The notes beneath the pieces were generated by a model. The model was not told where the DNA came from and ran no database searches. It saw only the letters and a program-made list of their open reading frames with translations. 39,781 nucleotides of DNA from Kiritimatiellia bacterium (GTDB lineage: Bacteria; Verrucomicrobiota; Kiritimatiellia; RFP12; UBA1067): assembly GCA_024405335.1 (NCBI GenBank), contig JAKSOX010000001.1:1-39781 (forward strand). Reading direction: 5' to 3'. Both the position numbers and the translations under genes were made by a program. This document shows positions 16,850-26,443 of the stretch, piece after piece (positions within the stretch are counted from its first letter, which is position 1; each line of letters starts with the position of its first letter).

Positions 16850-17548
16850 ATGAAAAAAGGAAATTTGTTGAGTCACGTCGTGGACGCCTTGGGGTTGGTG
16901 AAATTGCCGGGGCGCAAGTCGGATCCGAAGCTGGGGGCGCTCGACCGCGGCGTTCTGGAAGTGGCGCTGATGATCGCCGCCTTGGACGGCGAGATCATGC
17001 CCGCCGAATATGAAACGTTCGAGCTGCTGGCCAAGCAGTGCCGCGGCTACACCCAGAAAAACGCGAAGCAGTGCCTGGACGGCGCGTTGCGCAAAGCCGG
17101 CTATCTCATGGCGGCGGCGCAGGTCGGGTGCTATCCGCCCGCCGAGCGCGTTTCGGCGTTCGTGGAGTTGGCGGACGAGGCGCTGCCGAACGGTTTCGCG
17201 TTCGGCTCCGAAGCCGATTTGCGCCGTGCGTTCGTGCTGTGGATCGCCATGGCCGTTTCCGACGGCGCGTTCAGCGAATTGGAGCGCTCGGCCGTGAAGG
17301 CGCTGCGCGACCATTTCGAGCGGGTGTCGCTCGATCGGCGGCAGACCGCCGAAGCGCGTTGCGCGGCAATGAATCCGGCGTTTCCGTTCGTGGTGGCGCC
17401 GAAAATCAACACGCGCAAGGTGACGCTGTTCGAGGAAGATTTCTTCAGCCGCGCCGAGGAAGTCGTCAAACAGCTGGGCGACGCGCGCACGCGCAAAGCG
17501 GCGCAGGACGCATTCGCCGAACTCGTCCAGACGGCCGTCGCCGGTTGA
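16850..17548 (+). CDS. Hypothetical protein with two TerB-like repeats
   Basis: The two repeats are MIAALDGEIMPAEYETFELL and IAMAVSDGAFSELERSAVKAL, which resemble the TerB/DjlA-N fold signature. The assignment is tentative. The start is taken at MKKGNLL. Confidence 0.4.
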   Translation: MKKGNLLSHVVDALGLVKLPGRKSDPKLGALDRGVLEVALMIAALDGEIMPAEYETFELLAKQCRGYTQKNAKQCLDGALRKAGYLMAAAQVGCYPPAERVSAFVELADEALPNGFAFGSEADLRRAFVLWIAMAVSDGAFSELERSAVKALRDHFERVSLDRRQTAEARCAAMNPAFPFVVAPKINTRKVTLFEEDFFSRAEEVVKQLGDARTRKAAQDAFAELVQTAVAG

Positions 17549-17574
17549 CCGACCTTTTGCAGGAGCAGTTTGCC

Positions 17575-20500
17575 ATGAAAAAGTCGACTGTCGTTTGGGC
17601 GTGCGTTGCCGTCTTTACGTTGTCGTTGGCCGCCTGTTCGCTGGCGGGTTTTGGCTGGATGTACCGTCAGGTGCGCGTGTACGAACGCTATAAAGGCGTC
17701 TCGATCGTTTCGCACAAGCCAGGCATGAAGCGCTTGCGCGCCGTGGTCCGCGCCGTCCGCAAAAAGACAGGCCTTTTGCCGCAACCCGCCGCCAAGTTCG
17801 ACTGGTACGTCGTCCGTGAGTCCGACGACATCGTTTCGATCGCCATCCGCGCGAGGTGCGCGCCGTGCGATCTGCTTGCCGCGAACGGTCTTTCCGACCG
17901 CGATGAAATCCATGTCGGGCAGAAGCTCAAAATCCCGGTCGTCGCCGCCGCGCAGAACGCCGCCGCGACGGAGAAAACGGCCGAAGCGCCGCCGCAACTG
18001 GAAATCACGGGCGTGGAATACGGCGGAGGTTCCGAAATCGTGGTCAAGTTCAGCGAAATTCCGGATTTCGCTTTGGCGCGTTCCCACGTGAGCGTGTCGC
18101 CTCTGCGCACCGGCGTCTTCGGCGTGACGCCACGCAGATCGTGGCTAAGAGGCGACTACGTCATGAATGGCATGGTCATTTCCGGTGATTTCGCGTTCCG
18201 GACGAACGTGACGTTGCGCATCCGCAAGGGGTTGCCCCTGGCGCCGATTGACGGCGTGCCGGTCGCGACGGGCGCGTTGGCGGAGGATTACGTCTACACG
18301 TTCACGCGGGACGACAGGACGCCTGCGGTTCGGTTCGCCGATGGCGGCCGCTATCTGCCCGCCTGCGGCGCGCGGTCCGTCGCGCTTGAGAGCGTCAACT
18401 ACGACAGCGTGCAGGCGGAAATCCGCCGCGTCGAACCGGCCAACGTCGTCCAGTTGCTGGCGCGCGAGGCGGACAGGTACTACGGTTATTGGCCCGGCGG
18501 CGACGTCGATCACAAGAACACGGAAGAGTTGTCCGGCGAGCCGACGCTCGTCAGGCGGACGTGCCGGAACCTTTTGAACGAGCCGTCGAAGACGACGCTG
18601 CCCGTGTCGGTCGCGGACGGCGGTCCGCGCAACGGCATATTTCTCGTGGCCATCGGCAGCGGCGACAAGCCGTTATGCGACTCGGAGTATTTATGGGACG
18701 ACCACGGTTGCAACCGCAACACGAACTACAATCCGCGGACGTATCGTCTGGTGTGCGTGACGGATTTGGGCGTTTCCGTGCGGAAATCCGGGGACGGCGT
18801 GGGCGTGTGGGTCGCGTCGCTCACGAGCGGACGCCCCGTGTGGGACGCGCAGGTCGACGTGTATTCGGCGGCGAACGTCAAGGTGTTTTCCGGCCGCACG
18901 GGCATGAACGGCTGGTGCGCGCCGAAGCGCGTCGCCGCCGGCGAGCCGTTCGCCGTGGTGGTGTCGTCCGCCGCCGGGGACGACCGCGCGTTCCTGGCGC
19001 TTTCCGACCGCAACGAAATCGACGAGACGCTGCCGGACGGCGGACGGCCCGCGTTTCTGGAGCCCGGCGAATGCACGGGCTTTTGCTGGACCGAGCGCGG
19101 CATCTACCGCCACGGCGAGAAGATTTTCTTCCAGCTGATCCTGCGCGACGGCTCGATGCGCGCGCCGAAGCCGTTCCCCGTGACGCTCGAACTGCGCGAT
19201 CCCGAGGGCGACGCGTTCGCCGTGGCGACGGCGCTGCCCGACGCGACCGGCGCGGCGACGTGCGACGGTTTCTCGGTGCCGGACGACCAGCCGAGCGGCA
19301 AGTGGACGATCGTGGCCAAACTGCCCGGCGAGAAGGGCGCCGAGCTCGGCAGCGCCACGGTGAAAATCGAAGAGTTCGCGCCGCCGCAGGTGCGCGTGAA
19401 GGTCGCACCCGACGCCGACGCCGGAACCACGAACTTCGCGTTCGCCGTGTCGGCTGAGCATTTCTTCGGAGGGCCCGCGCGCGCGCTTCTGTGCAAGGGG
19501 GCCGTCGTGTTCGAGGACGCGCCGTTCGCGCCGGAAGCGTGGAAGGGGTATTCCTTCGGCGACGAAGCGCGCGGCCTGAAGCCGAATTTCGAGCGCATCG
19601 CCGTCTTGACGCTCGACGACGCGGGCACGGCGCGTTTCGCCGCCGCCATGCCGGAAGCCCTCGGCAAGCCCAAGGCCATGGTCCGCGCCACGTGCCAGGG
19701 CGTGGTGATCGAGGACGGCGGCCGTCCTGCGGCGGCGCGCGCCACGACGCTGCTCCACCACTATCCCTGCTACGTGGGCTCCACGCTCACCGGCTGGCTG
19801 CGCGCGCCGGAAAACGGCTTCGCGAAAATCCCGTTCGCGTGCGTGCTGCCCAACGGCAGGCGCGCGTCCGGCGGGAAGACGCTTTCCGTGAAGCTCGAGC
19901 GCGTGGACAACGTGTACACCTACCGCGCGCAGGGGAACGGCTGGAACACGTGGGACTGCGAACGCGTCCGCAGCACGGTGGTGGAAAACGACACGCTCGA
20001 GACGCCAGCGGAAAAGGACGCCGAATGGACGATGCCGGTGAACGCCGCCGGCGACTACGTGATCACGGTTTTGGACGAGGATACGGGCGCGTCCTATTCG
20101 AAGGCGTTTTATTTGAGCACGTGGGGCGACGAGTCGATCCGCGCGCCGCTCGCGAATCCCACGGCCGTGGCGATGCGTCCTGACAAGGCGTTCTACCGCG
20201 CGGGCGAGACGCCGCGGCTGATCGTGAAGTCGCCGTTCGCGGGACACGCCGTGCTTTCGGTGATGCGCGAGAAGGAGTTGTACACGGAAATCCTCGAACT
20301 CACGAACGCCACCAGCGAAATCGTGCTGCGTCCCGTGGCGCGCGAGCATGCGCCGAACCTCGACGTGTACCTTTCCGTGGTGCAGAGCGTGGAGGCGAGC
20401 GCGAAGCGCCTGGCGGCGCGCGCGCACGGCCAGGTCACGATCGGCGTGCGTCCGCGCGAGAACGAGCTGGACGTGTCGCTCGACGCCGCGGTGGCCCTGC

Positions 20501-22572
20501 GGCCGGCGGGCGGCGGCGCGGACGTGGCGGTGGACGTGGTCGCGGCGGGCGCGTGCGTTTCCGGCGCGGTGGCCACGGTGACGGTCGTGGACGAGAGCAT
20601 CAACGTCCTCACGGGCGAGAAGACACCCGCGCCCGTCGACCACTTCGCGCTTTGGCGCGAGGGACGCCATCCGCTCTTCGACTTCTACGACAAGATGCTG
20701 CCCGTTTACGACGACGGCCTCAGGGGGAACGGCGCGAAGACGGGCGGCGATCTCGGCGCACATCTGCTTTCGCGCGTGAGCCCAGTCGGTTCGCGCCGCT
20801 TCAAGCCGCTCGCGCTGTGGCAGGCGGACGTGCCGCTCGCGAACGGCCGCGGCAAGGCGCGGTTCGCGCTGCCCGAATTCGTCGGCGAAGTGCGCGTGAC
20901 GGCGGTGGTGCGTTCCGCCGCCGCGGCGGGCGCCGCGTCGATCCAGAAGAAGGTGGCGCCGAAGCTCGTGGCGCAGCCCGACGCGCCGCGTTTCGTGGCG
21001 CCGGGCGACGTCTACGAGGCGACGCTGCCGCTGCACAACCGCAGCGGGTCCGACGGCGAGGTGGTGGCGTCGGTGGGCGGCAAGACGTTCCGCGTGGCGA
21101 TGAAGAAGGATTCGTCCACGAACCTCGTGGCGCGGCTGACCGCGCCCGCCGAGCCGGGCCACGTGGAGCTGGTCTACCGCGCCGAAGGTTTCGGCGAGGT
21201 GCACGCGCAGACGATCGAGCTGCCGGTGCGTCCGGCCGTGGCGTGGCAGGAGGCGGCCGGGTCCTGCCGCGAGGAGGACTGGACGCCGCCGGCGGAAGGC
21301 CGGTGGACGGCACGCGCGTTCGAGACGCCCGTCGGGAAGTACGAAGCGGCCCTCAAATGGCTGGCGGACTATCCGCACGGATGCCTGGAACAGACGGCGT
21401 CGCGCATCTTCCCGCTCGTCGCGGCCGGCGGTTTGCTGAACACGGTGGTTTCCAACGGCGCCGAATACGCCCAGGCGGGCGTCCGCCGCGTCGAATCGAT
21501 GATCCGCGCGAGAAATTTCGTGACGTGGCCCGACAGCTCGTACGAACCCTGGGATCCCGAAACGTCGCTTTACGCCGCGCATTTCCTCGTCGCGGCCGGC
21601 AAGGCCGGACTGGCCTGCAATCCCGTGGCCGAACGGCACGTGCTGAAGCTGCTCGAATGGTGGTGCGGCCATGACGATCCGTCGGTCGCGGTCTACGCGT
21701 CGCTTTCCCTGGCGCTGGCAGGCAAGCCGCCGAAGAGCGGCATGTTGTCGCTGTACGACAAGCGGAAGTCGTTGAACGCGCTCGACCGCGCGCGGCTCGC
21801 GCTCGCGTTCGCCGAGGCGAACGACCTGACGCGCGCCAAAACGCTGCTCGCGGACGCCTTCGAGCCGCAGTCCGTGAAGGAGGCGTCGTTCGCGCTGATG
21901 GCGCTGCTGGCGGCGGATCCTGACGACGCGCGGATTCTCCCGCTCGTCCGGTGGCTCGACGCGAAGCGCGACAAGCGCCGGTTCTGCTGGGGCACCACGG
22001 GCGACAATGCGCACGCGCTCGTCGCCATCGGCTCGTATTTTCGCGCGCATCCGCCGAAGCCGGGCGAGAAGTTCGTGGTGTGGCACGCCTTGTCGCTGCC
22101 GAAACCGGAGGACGTCCGCGACGACCAGCAGGGGCTTTTCGTGGAGCGCCGCTACCGCACGCCCGAAGGCGCCGAGGCGGATTTGTCGAACCTGAAGTGC
22201 GGCGACCTCCTCGTCTGCACGCTGTCGATCACGTCCGACGTGACGCGCGTGGTGAACGATCTCGTGATCGAAGACCTGTTCCCCGGCGGATTCGAGCCGG
22301 TCCAACGCGAAATCAACGCCGCGAAGACGTGCGGCACGGGATCCGTTTCGCGCGTCAGCGACTGGGTGCTGCGCCACGACGCGCGCGACGACCGCATGCT
22401 GGTCTTTTCGAAGCGGTTCGAACTGGAGGCGGGCCATGAAGCGTTCTTCGCTTATCCGGTGCGGGTGGTTTCGGCGGGCGATTTCGTTCTGCCGGGCACG
22501 AGCGTGGAAGGGATGTACAATCCTGAGCTGCACGCTCGTCGCGCTCCTGGCCGCGTCGTGGTGGTGCATTGA
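17575..22572 (+). CDS. Bacterial alpha-2-macroglobulin family lipoprotein (YfhM/ECAM-like, 1665 aa) with an N-terminal LysM domain and a CLEQ thioester
   Basis: The lipobox is LSLAAC. The LysM domain is YVVRESDDIVSIA...GQKLKIPV. The thioester motif is YPHGCLEQTASR (CLEQ at 21382-21393). The gene is followed by pbpC, as in the known yfhM-pbpC pairing. Confidence 0.85.
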   Translation: MKKSTVVWACVAVFTLSLAACSLAGFGWMYRQVRVYERYKGVSIVSHKPGMKRLRAVVRAVRKKTGLLPQPAAKFDWYVVRESDDIVSIAIRARCAPCDLLAANGLSDRDEIHVGQKLKIPVVAAAQNAAATEKTAEAPPQLEITGVEYGGGSEIVVKFSEIPDFALARSHVSVSPLRTGVFGVTPRRSWLRGDYVMNGMVISGDFAFRTNVTLRIRKGLPLAPIDGVPVATGALAEDYVYTFTRDDRTPAVRFADGGRYLPACGARSVALESVNYDSVQAEIRRVEPANVVQLLAREADRYYGYWPGGDVDHKNTEELSGEPTLVRRTCRNLLNEPSKTTLPVSVADGGPRNGIFLVAIGSGDKPLCDSEYLWDDHGCNRNTNYNPRTYRLVCVTDLGVSVRKSGDGVGVWVASLTSGRPVWDAQVDVYSAANVKVFSGRTGMNGWCAPKRVAAGEPFAVVVSSAAGDDRAFLALSDRNEIDETLPDGGRPAFLEPGECTGFCWTERGIYRHGEKIFFQLILRDGSMRAPKPFPVTLELRDPEGDAFAVATALPDATGAATCDGFSVPDDQPSGKWTIVAKLPGEKGAELGSATVKIEEFAPPQVRVKVAPDADAGTTNFAFAVSAEHFFGGPARALLCKGAVVFEDAPFAPEAWKGYSFGDEARGLKPNFERIAVLTLDDAGTARFAAAMPEALGKPKAMVRATCQGVVIEDGGRPAAARATTLLHHYPCYVGSTLTGWLRAPENGFAKIPFACVLPNGRRASGGKTLSVKLERVDNVYTYRAQGNGWNTWDCERVRSTVVENDTLETPAEKDAEWTMPVNAAGDYVITVLDEDTGASYSKAFYLSTWGDESIRAPLANPTAVAMRPDKAFYRAGETPRLIVKSPFAGHAVLSVMREKELYTEILELTNATSEIVLRPVAREHAPNLDVYLSVVQSVEASAKRLAARAHGQVTIGVRPRENELDVSLDAAVALRPAGGGADVAVDVVAAGACVSGAVATVTVVDESINVLTGEKTPAPVDHFALWREGRHPLFDFYDKMLPVYDDGLRGNGAKTGGDLGAHLLSRVSPVGSRRFKPLALWQADVPLANGRGKARFALPEFVGEVRVTAVVRSAAAAGAASIQKKVAPKLVAQPDAPRFVAPGDVYEATLPLHNRSGSDGEVVASVGGKTFRVAMKKDSSTNLVARLTAPAEPGHVELVYRAEGFGEVHAQTIELPVRPAVAWQEAAGSCREEDWTPPAEGRWTARAFETPVGKYEAALKWLADYPHGCLEQTASRIFPLVAAGGLLNTVVSNGAEYAQAGVRRVESMIRARNFVTWPDSSYEPWDPETSLYAAHFLVAAGKAGLACNPVAERHVLKLLEWWCGHDDPSVAVYASLSLALAGKPPKSGMLSLYDKRKSLNALDRARLALAFAEANDLTRAKTLLADAFEPQSVKEASFALMALLAADPDDARILPLVRWLDAKRDKRRFCWGTTGDNAHALVAIGSYFRAHPPKPGEKFVVWHALSLPKPEDVRDDQQGLFVERRYRTPEGAEADLSNLKCGDLLVCTLSITSDVTRVVNDLVIEDLFPGGFEPVQREINAAKTCGTGSVSRVSDWVLRHDARDDRMLVFSKRFELEAGHEAFFAYPVRVVSAGDFVLPGTSVEGMYNPELHARRAPGRVVVVH

Positions 22573-24652
22573 CTGGACTGACGCCGGGTCCGACGTCTAC
22601 CCCGGCGGCATCGTGTTGCGCGACGCCGCCGGCGACGTGCTGCGCGTGTCGTTGGGCGAGGGCGACGTGGACTGCCGCCCCTATTACGAGGCCGATCCGG
22701 AAGACTGGGTCGTGAAGGCGCTCGTCGCCGCCGAGGACGGCACGTTCTGGAAGCATTGCGGCGTGCGGCCGCTTTCCGTGCTGCGCGCCGCGTTCCAGAA
22801 CGTCACCTGCCGACGCCGCGTTTCCGGCGCGTCCACGCTCACGATGCAGGCGGTGCGGCTCATAAAGCCGCATCCCAAGTCGCTGTGGTGGAAGTACAAG
22901 GAGGCCGTGATGGCGCTCAAGATGGAGCGCGCCAAGGACAAGCGCTGGATTTTGTCGCAGTACCTCAACCGGGCGCCGTTCGGGTCGAACTTCATCGGCG
23001 TCGAGGCGGCGGCGAACGGTTGGTTCGGCAAGGGCGCCAAGCAGCTTGGCGTGGCCGAGGCCGCCATGCTCGCCGGCATGGTCCAGGCGCCTTCGCGGTT
23101 CCGTCCGGACCGCGGCTTCGACCGCGCGTTCAAGCGGCGCGACTACGTGCTTGGGCGCATGCGCGAGCTGGGCATGATCGACGACGCCCAACTCTCCGGG
23201 GCGCGGGCGATCCGTCCCGTGATTTGCCGGGCGCCGCGTCCGTTCAAGCACCCGTACTATTGCGACTGGGCGATGCGCACGCTCGGCAAGGACCGTCACG
23301 CGCAGCGCAGGAGCGGCGATTTCAAAACGGCGCTCGACGCGGACGTCCAGCGCGTGCTGGAGACGGCGGTGAACCGCGCGGCGGACGCGGGCGGCTATTC
23401 CGCGGCGGGTGCGGTGATGCGCGTGGAGACGGGCGGCGTGCTCGCGCTCGCGTGCAGCGGAGACTACTTTTCGCCGGACGGCGGGCAGGTGAACACCGCG
23501 CTCGCGCCGCGTCCAGCGGGTTCGACGTTGAAGCCGTTCCTCGCGGCGCTCGCGATGGACAGGGGACTGGCGACGCCCGAAACGCGCCTCGCGGACGTGC
23601 CGATGGCCGCGCACGGATACCGCCCCACGAACTTCGACGCGCGGCACCGCGGGCGCGTGTCGCTGCAGGACGCGCTGGTGCTGTCGCTCAACGTTCCCTT
23701 CGTGCGGCTGCTCAAGGAGGTTGGCGTGCCCGCGTTCGCCGACGAATTGCGCGCGTTCGGCTTCGGGCACGTTTCGTCGGCGGCGGACGCGGGACTCGGC
23801 ATGGCGATCGGCAACGTGGAGGTGACGCTGATGGAGCTCGTGGCGGCCTACCGCACGCTGGCGCAGGGCGGCGGCGACGCGTGTTCGCGCGGGGCGGCGC
23901 ATCTGACGACCGAAATGCTTTCCGGCGACGAGCGCAGCGGCGAGGCCCTGGGGCACGTGGCGGACGTGCCGTTGCCGCGGTTCGCGTGGAAGACGGGCAC
24001 GAGCGCCGCGTACCGCGACGCGTGGACCGTGCTGTGGAATCCGGAATACGTCGTGGGCGTGTGGTGCGGGCACAAGCGCGGCGGTTTCGGCGACGTCACG
24101 CTCGTGGGCGTGAAAGCCGCGGCGCCGGTGGCGTGGGGTGTCGCGCGGGCGTTGTATCCGCGGAACGACGGGCCGTGGTTCGTGGAGCCCGGCGAGGTGA
24201 CGCGCCGCAAAGTCTGTTCGCTCACCGGCGCGCCGGCGGGACCGGACTGTCCCGCCTCGGAAACGGGCCGCGCGCTCGCGGGGCGCAGTTCGAACAAGCC
24301 GTGCGACATGCACGTGCGCGGACTCGACGGCCGCGTCGTGGTGCGCGAAGACGCGCAGCTGGCGGCGTTTTCGGGGCGCGCGTCGACGGCCGGGAAACTG
24401 TCCATCGCCAAGCCGGAAGACGGGGCGAAATTCCGCCGCGTCGCGGGCATGCCGCAGCAGAAGGTGGTGTGCCGCGCGGTGGGCAATCCGCAGGGCGCGC
24501 GGCTGTGGTGGTTTCTGGACGACGTTCCGACAGGCGAAACGACGGGGTCGGATCCGTTCGCTTTCGACATGACGCCGGGCGAACACGTCGTCCTCTGCGC
24601 CAACGCCGAAGGCGTGTCCGCCGCCGCGTCTTTTTCCGTGACGGAGGACTGA
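22436..24652 (+). CDS. pbpC: Penicillin-binding protein 1C (bifunctional glycosyltransferase/transpeptidase)
   Basis: The GT51 motif is EDGTFWKHCGV. The transpeptidase motifs are STLKPF (SxxK), SLN and KTGT. GGAGG lies 6 nt upstream of ATG 22436. The start overlaps the A2M gene by 137 nt. Confidence 0.85.
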   Translation: MKRSSLIRCGWFRRAISFCRARAWKGCTILSCTLVALLAASWWCIDWTDAGSDVYPGGIVLRDAAGDVLRVSLGEGDVDCRPYYEADPEDWVVKALVAAEDGTFWKHCGVRPLSVLRAAFQNVTCRRRVSGASTLTMQAVRLIKPHPKSLWWKYKEAVMALKMERAKDKRWILSQYLNRAPFGSNFIGVEAAANGWFGKGAKQLGVAEAAMLAGMVQAPSRFRPDRGFDRAFKRRDYVLGRMRELGMIDDAQLSGARAIRPVICRAPRPFKHPYYCDWAMRTLGKDRHAQRRSGDFKTALDADVQRVLETAVNRAADAGGYSAAGAVMRVETGGVLALACSGDYFSPDGGQVNTALAPRPAGSTLKPFLAALAMDRGLATPETRLADVPMAAHGYRPTNFDARHRGRVSLQDALVLSLNVPFVRLLKEVGVPAFADELRAFGFGHVSSAADAGLGMAIGNVEVTLMELVAAYRTLAQGGGDACSRGAAHLTTEMLSGDERSGEALGHVADVPLPRFAWKTGTSAAYRDAWTVLWNPEYVVGVWCGHKRGGFGDVTLVGVKAAAPVAWGVARALYPRNDGPWFVEPGEVTRRKVCSLTGAPAGPDCPASETGRALAGRSSNKPCDMHVRGLDGRVVVREDAQLAAFSGRASTAGKLSIAKPEDGAKFRRVAGMPQQKVVCRAVGNPQGARLWWFLDDVPTGETTGSDPFAFDMTPGEHVVLCANAEGVSAAASFSVTED

Positions 24653-24696
24653 AAAACTCTGCGGCCGACCTTCCAGTTGCCTTTGGCGGACGTTTG

Positions 24697-24705
24697 TGGT
24701 ATCTT
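24697..24705 (+). promoter_or_regulatory. Extended -10-like element TGGTATCTT
   Basis: The cgtttGTGGTAT core is shared with the other sites. It lies 21 nt upstream of ATG 24727, with a Shine-Dalgarno sequence (aaaggag). Confidence 0.4.
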
Positions 24706-24726
24706 ATTGGGGCAAAGGAGTAGTGC

Positions 24727-26391
24727 ATGACCATTCGATCGTGTTTGGAGAAGTTTGCATCCGAGACGCCGGACGCCGTGGCGCTGAGGTCTTTTGGTTC
24801 CGACAAGACCTGGCACGAGCGCACGTGGAAGGCGTTTCTGGACGGCGTGCGTTCGACCGCGGACGCATACGGGCCCAAGTTCGGATTGAAGCCGCGCGAG
24901 GAAAACGTCGCTTTGATTCTCGGCAACGGCCCCGTCTGGATGGAGGCGTATCTGGCGCAGTCCGGCTGCGGCGTGAGCGTGGTGCCCCTCGACCCCAAGC
25001 TCCACAACGCGGAAGTCCAGTACATCCTCAAGGATTCCGGCGCCGTGGTGGTCACCACGGACAAGGCGCATCTGGAGATGATGCGGCAGATCGCCGCCGA
25101 TCTGCCCGATTTGCGCGCGGTGGTGATAGTGGACGGCGGCCAGCCGTCCTACGACGCCATCGGCCAGGTGCCCGTGTACGACTACGAGAACCTGCGCGAC
25201 CACGACGGCACGTGGTTCGCGCGCAACGTGGCGCGCGAAGACGACGTGGCGAGCGTCATCTACACCTCCGGCACCACGGGCAAGCCCAAGGGGGCGATGC
25301 TCACGCACGGGAACTTCATGGCGGACGTCGAAGGCGCGCTCGGCGCGTTCGGCGAGCGCGTGGACAGTTCCGACAGTCTGCTCATCATCCTGCCGCTGTT
25401 CCACGCGTTCTCCTTCCTCGCCAACTTCGTGCTGGGGCTCTACCGCGGCATGACGATGAGTTTCGTCAGGTCGCTCTACACGGTGGGCGAAGACGTGAAG
25501 CTCGTGCAGCCCACGCTGGTGATGGCGGTGCCGCTGCTGGCCGAGAAGGTGTACGACAAGATCGACGCGAAGCTCAAGGCCTCCAAGGCGGCGAAGTTCC
25601 TGATCGCGGCGGGGCTCAAGTCGATTGTCTACAAGAACGTCAAAAAGGGGCTGGGCGGCAAATTGCGCTTCATGATCGTGGGCGGAGCGCCGTGTCCGAA
25701 GCACGTGCTCGAGGGGTACAAGAAGCTCGGCATCACGCTGCTGGAGGGCTACGGGCTCACCGAATGTTCGCCGGTGGTGTCGGTGGCGGGGCCGAAGTGC
25801 GCGAAAATCGGCACGATCGGCCTCAAACTGTCCAACATCGAAGTGCGGCTGGCGGACAAAAACGAGCAGGGCATCGGCGAACTGCAGGTGAAGGGCCCGA
25901 TCACGATGAAGGGCTACTGGCACAACGACGAGGCCACGGCCGAGGCGTACGACGACGGCTGGCTCAAGACGGGCGATTTGGCGTCCATCGACGCGGAGAC
26001 GGGCCTCATCTCCATCCGCGGGCGCAAGAAGGCGCTGATCGTCAACCGCGAGGGCAAGAACATCTACCCGGAGGAAGTCGAGAACCGCATCGCCGGCGAC
26101 CCGCTGGTGGCGGATTGCGTGGTGGTGGGCTACACGACGGGCGGCATTCCTGGCGAGAAGGTCGGCTGCGTGGTGCACCCCGACGAGGACGTGCTCAAGG
26201 AGCTCGAGGGCGGTCAGCCGATGGCGTGGGAGGCCGTGGAGAAGCTCGTGCAGGCGCACGTGCACGCGCGGTGTTCGGAACTCGCCGACTACAAGCGCGT
26301 CCGGAAGGTGGTGGTGGTCAAGGAGCCGCTCGAACGCACGTCCATCCAAAAGGTGCGCCGCGTGGCCTACAAAGGAACGCTTGACGAATAG
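24727..26391 (+). CDS. AMP-dependent acyl-CoA synthetase (long-chain fatty acid-CoA ligase-like)
   Basis: Motifs present are YTSGTTGKPKGAMLTH, EGYGLTE, TGDL and the C-terminal K in IQKVRR. Confidence 0.8.
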   Translation: MTIRSCLEKFASETPDAVALRSFGSDKTWHERTWKAFLDGVRSTADAYGPKFGLKPREENVALILGNGPVWMEAYLAQSGCGVSVVPLDPKLHNAEVQYILKDSGAVVVTTDKAHLEMMRQIAADLPDLRAVVIVDGGQPSYDAIGQVPVYDYENLRDHDGTWFARNVAREDDVASVIYTSGTTGKPKGAMLTHGNFMADVEGALGAFGERVDSSDSLLIILPLFHAFSFLANFVLGLYRGMTMSFVRSLYTVGEDVKLVQPTLVMAVPLLAEKVYDKIDAKLKASKAAKFLIAAGLKSIVYKNVKKGLGGKLRFMIVGGAPCPKHVLEGYKKLGITLLEGYGLTECSPVVSVAGPKCAKIGTIGLKLSNIEVRLADKNEQGIGELQVKGPITMKGYWHNDEATAEAYDDGWLKTGDLASIDAETGLISIRGRKKALIVNREGKNIYPEEVENRIAGDPLVADCVVVGYTTGGIPGEKVGCVVHPDEDVLKELEGGQPMAWEAVEKLVQAHVHARCSELADYKRVRKVVVVKEPLERTSIQKVRRVAYKGTLDE

Positions 26392-26402
26392 CGCTTGCAC
26401 GT

Positions 26403-26410
26403 TGTACAAT
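26403..26410 (+). promoter_or_regulatory. Possible -10 element TTGTACAAT upstream of the gspF-like gene
   Basis: TACAAT at 26405-26410 is preceded by TG. This is a weaker match than the other sites. Confidence 0.3.
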
Positions 26411-26443
26411 TCTCGCATCTCTTGACAGCAGAGGAATCGCGGC

